Positions 1 to 8,976 are shown, counted from the first letter of the stretch. The stretch is 54,971 nt of DNA from Pseudonocardiaceae bacterium (GCA_036389855.1 DASVWA010000104.1:1-54971), one strand, 5' to 3'. Numbers and translations: made by a program. Notes: generated by a model from the sequence alone, not told the origin.

Positions 1-325
1 CACCCGGACAAGGGTGCCGGCGCGGTCGAGGATGACGCCAACATCGGGCCACCAGTCGTGAAGGATCTGCCTACACACGCCGCACGGTGACACCACGCCG
101 CGGTCCACGCGCCCGACAGCGACGATGGTAACCGGAGGCTGTCGGTGTCGGTAAGCATCCGACCCAGCGCCAGGGCCCGCCGCTAAAGTGGTCAATGTTG
201 ACGCCGAGAAACGTCTGGCCGTCTGCCGTCAGCACGGCCGCAGCGTGGCTGTGTATCGTCCCGCGCCGCTGGAGGAGGTCCGTGGCCGCTGCTACGAGCA
301 CTTCTTCCCGGTCTGAGAGGCTCAT
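1..325 (-). pseudogene. Cytidine / blasticidin-S deaminase-like gene, apparently frameshifted; C-terminus runs off the left edge
   Basis: The N-terminal frame reads ...LTADGQTFLGVNIDHFSGGP. The expected CAE zinc motif is absent. A second frame gives ALALGRMLTDTDSLRL. A third gives VTIVAVGRVDRGVVSPCGVCRQILHDWWPDVGVILDRAGTLVRV, which contains the PCxxC motif. Three frames are needed to recover one deaminase fold. Confidence 0.6.
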
Positions 326-507
326 GGTCGAACGCTTAAGGGATGCATGCTGATTAGGGTAGGTTTTCGCGCTCTAACCGCAGCAGCCCGCGCGCCTTGC
401 GCAACAGTGGCGCTAACGCGGCGGTCGTCGACGCGCGCAAAACGAGCGCGATCTACGTCGATGTACTCAGGGAAGTGCAGCGCGATGCGGTCGATCGCCT
501 CGGGCAT
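322..507 (-). CDS. Small hypothetical protein (61 aa), translationally coupled (ATGA) to the deaminase-like gene
   Basis: Internal ATG at 507 gives MPEAIDRIALHFPEYIDVDRARFARVDD.... The first half has high GC3. Its stop overlaps the downstream start as ATGA at 322-325. No family was recognised. Confidence 0.3.
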   Translation of the reverse strand: MPEAIDRIALHFPEYIDVDRARFARVDDRRVSATVAQGARAAAVRARKPTLISMHPLSVRP

Positions 508-608
508 CTGTTCGAACCGGACGATGAGACCGACACCTGACCGACAAGTGCGGTCAGAACTGCGGTCAAGGCCAGCTCTTACGGGGAGCCGTCCTCGTAT
601 TGTGGCTG

Positions 609-681
609 CTCCCCGAGTTGGACTTGAACCAACAACCCTGCGATTAACAGTCGCATGCTCTGCCAATTGAGCTATCGGGGA
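609..681 (-). tRNA. tRNA-Asn (anticodon GTT)
   Basis: The reverse complement reads TCCCCGATAGCTCAATTGGCAGAGCATGCGACTGTTAATCGCAGGGTTGTTGGTTCAAGTCCAACTCGGGGAG. It has a 7-bp acceptor stem, D and T arms (GGTTCAAGTCC) and anticodon loop CTGTTAA. CCA is not encoded. Confidence 0.95.
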
Positions 682-775
682 AGGTGCGGGTGCCGAACCG
701 TGTGGCGGACCGGCCGACAACTAGCCTAGCGCACCACCCGCAACACCCGTGCGGCCGCCCGCCTGCTAGTGATCG

Positions 776-796
776 GCTCCCGGGCCGGCCGGGAGC
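776..796 (-). terminator. GC hairpin downstream of tam and upstream of tRNA-Asn
   Basis: GCTCCCGG-GCCGG-CCGGGAGC, an 8-bp perfect stem. There is no clear U tract. Confidence 0.3.
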
Positions 797-937
797 GCTA
801 CGAGCAGATTGAGCGCATATGTCGCCAAGCCATGGACACCCCGCCGTGCAAGGCGTGGTCAGCGCCACGGTCAATAAGGTATGCAGCCGTAAGCGGACAT
901 AAGTGCCGGTGACAGGACGTCGGCGGGGTTGATGCGG

Positions 938-1690
938 TTACCCGGCTTGCGCGACAGCGAAGACCCGGCGAAACGGGAACCAGGTCACCCCGTCGGCGCC
1001 CGCTGGGTAGGCAGCTCTCAGCCGCGGTGCCAGCTCCTGCCTGAAGGCCGTCCACTCGGCCGCCGACAGTGCCGCCCGGACCGGCCGTAGGGCAGTTCCC
1101 GTAATCCACTCGAGCACCGGGTCCGGCCCGGCCAGCCGGTGCAGGTAGGTGGTCTCCCAGACGTCCAGCTCCGCCGCGCCAGGAGCGAGCACCGCGGCGT
1201 ATCCGGGGGGTTCGAGCACCGGGCAGGCTCTGAGGTCGATCAAGTCCCGCCAGCGTGGCTCAGCGGCGAGCCGAGCCGTCTCGGCGTGTGATGGCGCGCT
1301 GAAGTTTCCCGGCACCTGCATGGCCAGCCATCCCCCGGGCGGAAGCCCTCGCATCCATTTGCGCAGCAGCCCAGCGTGCTCGGGAATCCACTGCAATACG
1401 GCGTTACAGACGATCAGACCGGTGCCGGGGCCGGGCGACCAGTGACGAACGTCGCACAGCTCAGCGTGGATTCCCCGCTCACGCGCGGACTGCACCATCT
1501 CCGGTGAGCTGTCCAGGGCCATCACGCTGGCAGCCGGCCATCGCTTGGCCAACAGCCGCGTGAGAGCGCCCGGCCCACAACCCAGATCCACCACTATGCC
1601 CGGGTCGCGGGCATCCACTCGGGCCAGCAGATCGTGAAAGGGCCGGGCCCGGTGATCGCCGAACTCAAGGTAGGCATCCGGATCCCACAC
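938..1690 (-). CDS. tam: Trans-aconitate 2-methyltransferase-like class I SAM methyltransferase
   Basis: WDPDAYLEFGDHRARPFHDLLARV..., the SAM motif VVDLGCGPG and NAVLQWIP. A GTG at 1690 is preceded by GGAGG. The maximal ORF would extend to 1759. Confidence 0.85.
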   Translation of the reverse strand: MWDPDAYLEFGDHRARPFHDLLARVDARDPGIVVDLGCGPGALTRLLAKRWPAASVMALDSSPEMVQSARERGIHAELCDVRHWSPGPGTGLIVCNAVLQWIPEHAGLLRKWMRGLPPGGWLAMQVPGNFSAPSHAETARLAAEPRWRDLIDLRACPVLEPPGYAAVLAPGAAELDVWETTYLHRLAGPDPVLEWITGTALRPVRAALSAAEWTAFRQELAPRLRAAYPAGADGVTWFPFRRVFAVAQAG

Positions 1691-1721
1691 CAGCGACCTC
1701 CCCGTTGTACGAACGCCGAAA

Positions 1722-2264
1722 CTAGCCGGGCGGATCCGGCCGCGGCAAGCGCGACGCAACCTCGCTGGCCATCATCTCTACCGCGTCCAGCGCAGTACCC
1801 GGATCGGCCCGCACCTGCAGCACCACGCCGTCACGTCCAGGAATCCGGCGCTGGACGAACCACGCCCCGCCCCCGGGAAGTTCACAGTGCTCACTGGACC
1901 GGATCGAGCTGGTCACCCGCTGGCGCACCACCTCCGGGACCTTGCCAGGCTGCGCAAGCGCGAAACGGCGCGGCGGTAGATCAGACAGCAGCACGGCCTC
2001 GCCCGCAGTCCCCGTGCTGACCGCCTCAGTGACCACCAGCTCGCTGCGGTCCCACACCACCTTGCTCACCAGGTCCCAGCCGATGCGGCGGGCATCGGCG
2101 CCCTCCGGTACCCACAGCCCTAGCTGGGTCAGCACTAGGTGCCCGCCATCGACCAGCTCGCCCATGGTGACGACCCGCTCAGCGGGCTCCAGAATGCCGG
2201 TGAATCCGGCGGGCAGCTCCGGCACCGCGGCGAAACGCCGCAACAACCGTCCCCAGCCACTCAA
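1722..2264 (-). CDS. Conserved hypothetical protein downstream of dnaG
   Basis: 180-aa ORF with a 4-nt ATGA overlap with the dnaG stop. Codon bias is typical of the genome. No motif was recognised. Confidence 0.6.
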   Translation of the reverse strand: MSGWGRLLRRFAAVPELPAGFTGILEPAERVVTMGELVDGGHLVLTQLGLWVPEGADARRIGWDLVSKVVWDRSELVVTEAVSTGTAGEAVLLSDLPPRRFALAQPGKVPEVVRQRVTSSIRSSEHCELPGGGAWFVQRRIPGRDGVVLQVRADPGTALDAVEMMASEVASRLPRPDPPG

Positions 2265-4141
2265 TCATGCGCTCCCACAGCTTGGTCACGAAGCGATCGG
2301 TAGTACTGCTCCAGTGCCACCAGGTCACCGAAGAGCTGGTGGTAGGAGTCCGCGTCGTCCACCGGGGAGATCCGTTGCAGCCGAGACTTGATCTCGGCAA
2401 CCTGCCGCCCGAGGACGGTGGCCTGCAGCCGGGCCAGCAGGCTACCGATGTAGCGCGCGTCATCCTCGGCGCTGCCCTTGGCTCGCAACGTCTCCACGGC
2501 GAGCTCAGTGAGCAGTGATCGATGCGGGTAGTGCGCGGCGACGGCGTCGATCCACTCCGCACCGGACAGCCCCGCGGCGGTGCCGCCGGCGGCCAGCACG
2601 GCGGCGTGCAACTGGGCGTAACTGGGGTGAGTGAACGCCTCGGCGGGCAGCGTGTCGTACACCGGGCCCGTCATCGCGGGCTCCTGCAGCACCGCCTTGA
2701 GCACTTCGCGCTGGGCCTGCAGCCGCACATCGTCTCGCGGAGGAACCTCCGTGCCGTCCTCGGCCGGCGACGCGCTCCGCTTGCGCCCGCCGCGTTGTCG
2801 AGGTTCGTCGCCGGCGGCTTCCCGGACCCGCCGGACCACCGTGGCCTCATCGCCCGTCCAGCCGCTCCAGTGCGCCAGTTGTGTCGCGTACCGATCACGC
2901 AGGGCCGGATCCTTGATCCGGGCGACCAGCGGCACTGCCCGCCGCAGCGCCTCGACCTGTCCCTCGGCGGTGTCCAGGTCGTGCTCGGCAAGCAGGGTCC
3001 GCACTGCGAAGGCGAACAGTGGCTGACGGCGGGCCACCAGGTCACGCACCGCGGCATCGCCTTTGGCCTGCCGCAGCTCGCACGGGTCCATCCCGTCCGG
3101 TGCGATCGCGATGAAGGTCTGCGCCGCGAAGCGCTGCTCGTCATCGAACGCCTTGAGCGCTGCCTTCTGCCCGGCTTCGTCACCGTCGAAGGTGAAGATC
3201 ACCTCCCCGCGCAAGGCGTCATCGTCCATGAGCAACCTGCGCAGCACCGAGATGTGCTCGGCGCCGAACGCCGTACCGCACGACGCCACCGCTGTGGGGA
3301 CACCGGACAGGTGCATCGCCATCACGTCGGTGTAGCCCTCCACCACGACGACCTGATGGCGCCGCGCGATCTCACGCTTGGCCAGATCGAGTCCGAAGAG
3401 CACCTGGGACTTGCGGTACAGCGGCGTGTCGGCGGTGTTGAGGTACTTCGCCTCGTTGCGGTCGTCGTCGAACAGCCGCCGGGCGCCGAAGCCCACCACG
3501 TCACCGCCGAGGTCCCGGATCGGCCACAGCAGCCTGCGGTGGAAGCGATCCATTGGCCCCCGCTGGCCTTCCCGGGACAGCCCCGCCTTGGCCAGTTCCT
3601 CGAAGGAGAACCCGCGGCCGAGCAGATGCTTGGTGAGCTGCTCCCAACCCGACGGGGCGAAGCCACAGCCGAAAGTGCCCGCCACCTCCTGGCCGAATCC
3701 CCGCTGGGTGAGGAATTCCCGGGCCGGCCGTGCCTCGGGCGAGCTCAGCTGCTCGGCGTAGAACTCCTGTGCCAGCTTGTTGGCCTCGACGAGCCGGGCT
3801 CGGGTCCCGCGGTCGCGCTGTACCGAGGAACCGCCACCGGTGTACGTCAGCGGGATTCCGACCCGGTCAGCCAGCCGCTCCACGGCCTCCACGAAACCGA
3901 GGTGTTCGATCTTCATCATGAAGTCGACAACGGAGCCGCCCTCGCCGCAGCCGAAGCAGTGAAAGGTCCCGTGCGCTGGGCGAACGTTGAACGACGAGGT
4001 CTTCTCGTCGTGGAACGGGCACAGCCCCTTGAGCGAGTCCGCTCCGGCCCGGCGCAGCGCGACGTATTCGCCGACGACCTCGTCGATCCGGTTGCGTTCG
4101 CGGACCTCCGCGATGTCGGCGTCCCGAATCCGTCCAGCCAC
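2261..4141 (-). CDS. dnaG: DNA primase
   Basis: Zinc ribbon CPFHDEKTSSFNVRPAHGTFHCFGCGEGG, TOPRIM motif VVVVEGYTDVMAMH, and a C-terminal helicase-binding region. GTG start. Confidence 0.97.
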   Translation of the reverse strand: MAGRIRDADIAEVRERNRIDEVVGEYVALRRAGADSLKGLCPFHDEKTSSFNVRPAHGTFHCFGCGEGGSVVDFMMKIEHLGFVEAVERLADRVGIPLTYTGGGSSVQRDRGTRARLVEANKLAQEFYAEQLSSPEARPAREFLTQRGFGQEVAGTFGCGFAPSGWEQLTKHLLGRGFSFEELAKAGLSREGQRGPMDRFHRRLLWPIRDLGGDVVGFGARRLFDDDRNEAKYLNTADTPLYRKSQVLFGLDLAKREIARRHQVVVVEGYTDVMAMHLSGVPTAVASCGTAFGAEHISVLRRLLMDDDALRGEVIFTFDGDEAGQKAALKAFDDEQRFAAQTFIAIAPDGMDPCELRQAKGDAAVRDLVARRQPLFAFAVRTLLAEHDLDTAEGQVEALRRAVPLVARIKDPALRDRYATQLAHWSGWTGDEATVVRRVREAAGDEPRQRGGRKRSASPAEDGTEVPPRDDVRLQAQREVLKAVLQEPAMTGPVYDTLPAEAFTHPSYAQLHAAVLAAGGTAAGLSGAEWIDAVAAHYPHRSLLTELAVETLRAKGSAEDDARYIGSLLARLQATVLGRQVAEIKSRLQRISPVDDADSYHQLFGDLVALEQYYRSLRDQAVGAHD

Positions 4142-4166
4142 GGTCAGCGAGTCTAGGGTCAGTCCA

Positions 4167-5078
4167 GTGCAGGCCGAGGCGGACGTCGTCCAGCAGCACC
4201 GCAGCCACCTGCTCGGGGTCGCCTACCGGCTCACCGGGTCGTTCGCCGATGCGCAAGATGCGGTCCAGGAGGCGTGGCTGCGGCTGGCCCGGCTATCCGA
4301 CGCCGACCGGGCGGCGATCCGTGACCCGCGCGGCTGGCTGACCACCGTGGTCGGGCGGCTGTGCCTGGACCGGCTGCGATCAGCCGCCGTGCAGCGTGAG
4401 CGCTATGTCGGGCCCTGGCTGCCCGAGCCGCTGGTGACCCGGCTGGACGGTCCGGCGGACCCATTGGATGAAGTGGTCCGCGACGACGGGGTGCGGATGG
4501 CCGCGCTGGTCGTGCTGGAGCGGCTGACCCCCGAGCAGCGGGTCGCCTTCGTGCTGCACGACACGTTGAGCGTGCCGTTCGACGAGATCGCAGACGTGTT
4601 GGGCTGCTCGGTTCCCGCGGCCCGCCAGCACGCATCCCGGGCGCGGAGCGCTGTCGCATCGGCCGATCCGCCGGACCGGGTGGCTCTGGCCGAGCAGCGC
4701 CGGGTACTCGACGCGTTCCTCACCGCGCTGGCCGGTGGTGACCTCGCCGCCCTGGTCAGCGTGCTGCATCCGGATGCCGCCGTGATCGGCGATGGCGGCG
4801 GCAAGCAACGAACCGCGCGCCGGCCGATCCGCGGCGCCGCCAAAGTGGCCAGGTTCATCATGGGCTTGCAGCAGCGCTACGGCCCTGAGCGGCTTGGCGC
4901 TGCCCGGCTGGTGCTCGTCAACGGGGACCTGGGGATGGTCATCCCGCCGTGGCCGGGCGACGCTGGGCACCCGCCGCTGACCGGGCGGGTGTCCTGCTTC
5001 GCGATCCGCGACGGACGCGTAGCGGTGATCTACGACATCGTCAACCCGGACAAGCTCGGCCGAACTTTCAGTCAGTGA
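4167..5078 (+). CDS. ECF41-group (SigJ-like) RNA polymerase sigma factor with fused SnoaL-like C-terminal domain
   Basis: Sigma region 2 (HLLGVAYRLTGSFADAQDAVQEAWLR) and region 4 (ERLTPEQRVAFVLHDTLSVPFDEIADVLG) are present. So are the three group-specific motifs YVGPWLPEP, GDGGGK and NPDKL. A GTG at 4167 gives 303 aa. Confidence 0.9.
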   Translation: MQAEADVVQQHRSHLLGVAYRLTGSFADAQDAVQEAWLRLARLSDADRAAIRDPRGWLTTVVGRLCLDRLRSAAVQRERYVGPWLPEPLVTRLDGPADPLDEVVRDDGVRMAALVVLERLTPEQRVAFVLHDTLSVPFDEIADVLGCSVPAARQHASRARSAVASADPPDRVALAEQRRVLDAFLTALAGGDLAALVSVLHPDAAVIGDGGGKQRTARRPIRGAAKVARFIMGLQQRYGPERLGAARLVLVNGDLGMVIPPWPGDAGHPPLTGRVSCFAIRDGRVAVIYDIVNPDKLGRTFSQ

Positions 5079-5229
5079 GCGACCTGGAATGTCGGTCCCT
5101 CGTGACACCGTTTGGCAGACCGACCTCCAGGAGGGACCAAGGTGCGGGTCGTGCCAACCGACCTACTCGGACGCCTCCGCCCTCGCTGAGCGGGCCAGCT
5201 GTTCGGGCACCGGTACGGCCGATTGACGC

Positions 5230-5370
5230 CGCCGCTGACCCATGCCTACCGTCAAGTACTTGACGGAGTGGAGTAAGCCGGTGCAAACCCGGCGCGGTCG
5301 CGCCACTGTGAACGACACCCGACTTGGGTTTCGTGAGTCAGACACTTTGCCGTCGTGATTACCGTCTAGT
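5230..5370 (+). promoter_or_regulatory. Cobalamin (B12) riboswitch
   Basis: Core GGAGTAAGCCGGTGCAAACCCGGCGCGGTCGCGCCACTGTGA plus the B12-box-like GTGAGTCAGACACTTTGCCGTC, directly upstream of cbtB. Boundaries are approximate. Confidence 0.8.
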
Positions 5371-5399
5371 GGGTCGCGTCAGCCCAGGGAGGTACCGCC

Positions 5400-5606
5400 G
5401 TGAGTGTCATCTCCGTTCCCGCGCCGATTCCAGTTCGCATCCCGTTGCGGGAGATTCTGCCCTGGGCGATCTTCGTGGGCATCCTCGGTCTCATTTTGCT
5501 GTATTTCATCGGTGCCGAACAGGGCGCGATGTCGACCATCGCGGGTCATTATCTGCACGAATTCGTGCACGACGGGCGGCATCTGCTCGGCGTCCCCTGC
5601 CACTGA
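5400..5606 (+). CDS. cbtB: Cobalt transporter subunit CbtB
   Basis: 68 aa with one TM helix and the C-terminal His-rich motif HEFVHDGRHLLGVPCH. GTG start preceded by GGGAGG. Confidence 0.85.
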   Translation: MSVISVPAPIPVRIPLREILPWAIFVGILGLILLYFIGAEQGAMSTIAGHYLHEFVHDGRHLLGVPCH

Positions 5607-5624
5607 TCACCCGGCCCCACCGTC

Positions 5625-6362
5625 ATGATGAGAATGTTGCTGGTGCGTGGCATGCTCTCCGGACTGGCCGCAGGGATGCTCGCACTGGTATTCGCCTACA
5701 TCGTTGGTGAGCCCTCGGTCGTCAGTGCGATCGACTTCGAGTCGGCCGCACAGGCCGCCACGGGCCAAACTCCAGAGCCGGAAGTGGTCAGCCGGGCGGT
5801 GCAGAGCACCATTGGGCTGGCCACCGCCGTTGTGGTGTACGCCGTCGCATTCGGTGGCCTGTTCAGCTTGGCGTTCGCCGTCGCCTACGACCGCATCGGC
5901 CGTCTCAGTGCGCGGGCCACGGCCGCCGTCCTGGCGCTGGGCGGTTACCTCGTGGTGTTCGTCGTGCCTTTCCTGAAATATCCCGCCAATCCGCCAGCGG
6001 TCGGTAACGCCGACACGATCAACCAGCGCAGCGCCCTATACCTGGCGATGGTGGTGGCTTCGGTGCTGCTGGCAATCGCGGCGACCTGCCTCGGCCGACG
6101 ACTCACGTCGCGCTTGGGCGCCTGGAACGCCGCCCTGGTGGCAACCGCGGTGTTCGTTGTGGCCGTGGCCGTTATCCAGTTCCTGCTACCCACTATCAAT
6201 GAGATACCCGACGCATTCCCGGCGACGGTGCTATGGGAATTCCGGGTCGCCGCACTGGGCACCCAGCTGGTGATGTGGGCGACCATCGGCCTTCTCTTCG
6301 GGGCGCTGGTGGCCCGCGCATTCACAAATGAGGCGGCACAAGGCATGCCTGCCCGGAGGTGA
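5625..6362 (+). CDS. cbtA: Cobalt transporter subunit CbtA
   Basis: 245-aa multi-TM protein immediately after cbtB and behind the B12 riboswitch. The N-terminus MLLVRGMLSGLAAGMLALVFAY is typical of CbtA. Confidence 0.85.
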   Translation: MMRMLLVRGMLSGLAAGMLALVFAYIVGEPSVVSAIDFESAAQAATGQTPEPEVVSRAVQSTIGLATAVVVYAVAFGGLFSLAFAVAYDRIGRLSARATAAVLALGGYLVVFVVPFLKYPANPPAVGNADTINQRSALYLAMVVASVLLAIAATCLGRRLTSRLGAWNAALVATAVFVVAVAVIQFLLPTINEIPDAFPATVLWEFRVAALGTQLVMWATIGLLFGALVARAFTNEAAQGMPARR

Positions 6363-6891
6363 ACCCCTGGTCGGTGATGCCCAAGGCATGGTTGAACCGG
6401 GCCCGGTGGTTCTCCACTGCGATCGCGTAGGTCAACTCCACCAGCCCGTCGTGCCCGAGCTCGGCATCCAGTTCAGCGACCATCTCATCGGTGACCGTGA
6501 TCGGCAACGCGGTCATCGCGTCGGCGTAGGCCAGCGCGCGACGCTCGGTGGGAGCGAACGCCGGCGATGTCGGGTAGTTGTCCAGCTCCCGCAGCCGCTG
6601 GATGTCCAGGCCGTGGTGGCGCTGCAACATGGTGCCGAAGTCCACGCACCACGAGCAGCCCACCTGGGTGGCTACCCGATACACCACGAGTTCTCGCAGG
6701 CTGGCCGGCAACCGCCGCATCGCCTTCTCGTTGCCCAACTCCCACAACGCGTAGGCCCAGAAGGCCGGACGGTGGTGCAGCAGCACCGTGGCTGGCTCGG
6801 GCACGGCCCCGTAGCGGTAACGGGCGATGCGGTAGGCCAGCCGGCCAAGCGGACCGGCGTCGCGGGTTGGCACTCCGGCAATGCGCGGCAT
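6322..6891 (-). CDS. Carboxymuconolactone decarboxylase (AhpD-like) family protein
   Basis: MPRIAGVPTRDAGPLGRLAYR... with the CxxC-like GCSWCVDFG and a CMD-type helical layout. The ATG at 6891 is preceded by GAAGGAGGG. The maximal ORF would extend to 6984. Confidence 0.85.
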   Translation of the reverse strand: MPRIAGVPTRDAGPLGRLAYRIARYRYGAVPEPATVLLHHRPAFWAYALWELGNEKAMRRLPASLRELVVYRVATQVGCSWCVDFGTMLQRHHGLDIQRLRELDNYPTSPAFAPTERRALAYADAMTALPITVTDEMVAELDAELGHDGLVELTYAIAVENHRARFNHALGITDQGFTSGQACLVPPHL

Positions 6892-6940
6892 GGTGATCCC
6901 TCCTTCAGCTTGACCCGCTGGTGACGGGCTCCATAGGAAG

Positions 6941-6967
6941 GACGGGCCAGTACCCGCGGACGTGACA
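6941..6967 (-). promoter_or_regulatory. ECF41-type promoter in front of the CMD-family gene
   Basis: The minus strand reads TGTCACG-TCCGCGGGTACTGGCC(16 nt)-CGTC, about 49 nt upstream of the ATG at 6891. The consensus, as I recall it, is TGTCACA-N16-CGTC. Confidence 0.6.
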
Positions 6968-6970
6968 GGG

Positions 6971-7016
6971 CTCGTGAGTGGCATTCAGTGCTATCGCACT
7001 GAATGCCACTCACGAG
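6971..7016 (-). terminator. Perfect 21-bp stem hairpin overlapping the dgt stop codon
   Basis: CTCGTGAGTGGCATTCAGTGC-TATC-GCACTGAATGCCACTCACGAG. There are no mismatches and no U tract. Confidence 0.55.
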
Positions 7017-8290
7017 CACGCAGCGCCCAGCGCTGCGTGCCAGCGCACCGCCTGCGCGTCGGTCAGGGCTGCCACCTGGTCGATGATCACCCGCAGCCGC
7101 GCGCTGTCGCTGCGCGCCTCGTGCCAGGCCGGGCTCAGTGCAGGATCGAGTGGGTCCGGTGCCTGGCGCATGAGGGCTGCGCACAGCTGCATGACCAGCT
7201 CCCGCTGCTGAGCCTGAACGGCCAGCCGGCACGGATCCTGCATCACGAACCGCAGGGCCACCGCCTTGAGCAGCGCCACCTCGGCCGCCACCCGATCCGG
7301 TATCTCCAAATGGGCGCCGTAGCGCCCCAACGGGTCGTTCCCGTACTGGGCCCGGGTCGCCGACACGACTGCCGAGGCGAAGCGGCCCACCAGCTCGCTG
7401 GTGAGCTCCTTCAACGCCACCTGAGCGGCCAGCGAACCATCGTAGTGCCGCAGCGCGTCGACCACCGAAAGCGTGAGCAACCCCTCCGCGGCCGCCTCTA
7501 ACTGCGCGCTGGGAAGCACGCTGAAGTGCTTGGCGGCTAGCTCGGCGAGCAACGCCCGTTCCACGGGATCGGCCAAGGTGCCCAGCGAGATGCGGCCGGC
7601 CACGATGCCGTCCTCGACGTCGTGCACCGAGTATGCGACGTCGTCGGCCCAGTCCATCACCTGAGTTTCGAGGCACTGCTCACCTTCGGGCGCACCCTCC
7701 CGCAGCCAGGCGAACACCGCCGCGTCCTCGGCGTAGAAGCCGAACTTGGCCATCCCGTCCCGGCGCGGCCACGGATACTTGACGGTGGCGTCCAGCGATG
7801 CCCGAGTCAGGTTGAGCCCGTGGCTCCGACCGGTTCCGGGGTCGAGCAGCTTGGGTTCCAGCCGGGTGAGGATCCGCAACGTCTGGGCGTTGCCCTCGAA
7901 CCCACCACAGCCTGCGGCGACCTCGTTCAGAGCCTGCTCGCCGTTGTGGCCGAATGGGGGGTGGCCGATGTCGTGGGCCAGCCCGGCGGTCTCGACCAGG
8001 TCCGGATCGCAGCCCAGCTCGACGGCGATGCCGCGGCCGATCTGGGCGACCTCCAGCGAGTGGGTCAGCCGGGTCCTGGGCACGTCGCCCTCTCCCGGGC
8101 CGACTACCTGGGTCTTGCCTGCGGTTCTGCGCAGTGCCGCGGAATGCAGCACCCGGGCACGGTCCCTGGCAAAGGGACTGCGCCGCTCCGGTTCCGATCC
8201 GGGTAGCGCGGCTCGCTTGGCGGGCTCGGGCACCAGCCGGACCCAGTCATGTTCGGTGTAACAGCCGTGCGCACTGTCATAGTGGCCCAC
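7010..8290 (-). CDS. dgt: dGTP triphosphohydrolase-like HD-domain protein
   Basis: [60 protein letters not shown] at 8290 gives 426 aa. The maximal ORF to 8437 would overlap the upstream gene. Confidence 0.9.
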   Translation of the reverse strand: MGHYDSAHGCYTEHDWVRLVPEPAKRAALPGSEPERRSPFARDRARVLHSAALRRTAGKTQVVGPGEGDVPRTRLTHSLEVAQIGRGIAVELGCDPDLVETAGLAHDIGHPPFGHNGEQALNEVAAGCGGFEGNAQTLRILTRLEPKLLDPGTGRSHGLNLTRASLDATVKYPWPRRDGMAKFGFYAEDAAVFAWLREGAPEGEQCLETQVMDWADDVAYSVHDVEDGIVAGRISLGTLADPVERALLAELAAKHFSVLPSAQLEAAAEGLLTLSVVDALRHYDGSLAAQVALKELTSELVGRFASAVVSATRAQYGNDPLGRYGAHLEIPDRVAAEVALLKAVALRFVMQDPCRLAVQAQQRELVMQLCAALMRQAPDPLDPALSPAWHEARSDSARLRVIIDQVAALTDAQAVRWHAALGAACS

Positions 8291-8295
8291 CGGCC

Positions 8296-8976
8296 TCACC
8301 CCAAATCGATGCCGAGCGACTCGGCCGGGGAGTGCGTGAACCGGTAATGCAGCAGCGCGGCGCTCTCCCGGATGATGTACTGGGCCTGGATATTGCGGGT
8401 CTGCACGATCGGACCGCTGCGGGTGGGGGAGGTCCACGCGCTGAGCCCGAGGTCGTCGGCCATGGTTCGGGCTCGCAACGAATGCCAGGGATCGCTGACG
8501 ATCACTGCGGTGCGCCAGCCCTCGGTACCCGCACGGCGGGCAACGGCACGCAGGCTCTCAAGGGTGTCGCTGCCCTCCCCGACCGGCACCACGGCGTCGG
8601 GGGGAATGCCATAGGACGTCAGGTAATTGCGGCCGGCTACGGCCTCGGTGTAGGTGTCACCGTCCCGTCGGCCGCCGACCGTGACGATCACCGGCGCGAC
8701 CCCGTCGCGCCACAGCCGTGCGGCATGATCCAGCCGGGAGCCCAGCACGGCCGATGGTGTCCCGTCGTACTGGGCCGCGCCCAGGACCACGACGACGTCA
8801 GCGGGCTTCCGGTCATCGACCCGGGCAACCTGCCACACCCGGAACAAGGTGCCACCCACGATCAGGGCACCCACCACAACCGTGCCGAGTAGCAGCCGCC
8901 CCAGCACGACGGACAGTGTGGACCGGAAAGACCGGTCATCCACCGATGCGACCCGTTGCGGTGGCCAGCGGGCCAC
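8296..8976 (-). CDS. DUF218 / YdcF (ElyC-SanA-like) family protein with N-terminal TM helix
   Basis: [29 protein letters not shown]...[12 protein letters not shown]. The start is either GTG 8976 or GTG 8943; both overlap the xdhC-like stop. Confidence 0.8.
   Translation of the reverse strand: MARWPPQRVASVDDRSFRSTLSVVLGRLLLGTVVVGALIVGGTLFRVWQVARVDDRKPADVVVVLGAAQYDGTPSAVLGSRLDHAARLWRDGVAPVIVTVGGRRDGDTYTEAVAGRNYLTSYGIPPDAVVPVGEGSDTLESLRAVARRAGTEGWRTAVIVSDPWHSLRARTMADDLGLSAWTSPTRSGPIVQTRNIQAQYIIRESAALLHYRFTHSPAESLGIDLG

Noticed and set aside
2522-4156. 544-aa ORF on the plus strand
   Set aside because: It is entirely antisense to dnaG, which has unmistakable primase motifs. The translation is Arg/Gly/Pro/His-rich with no recognisable domain, the usual shadow ORF of high-GC DNA.
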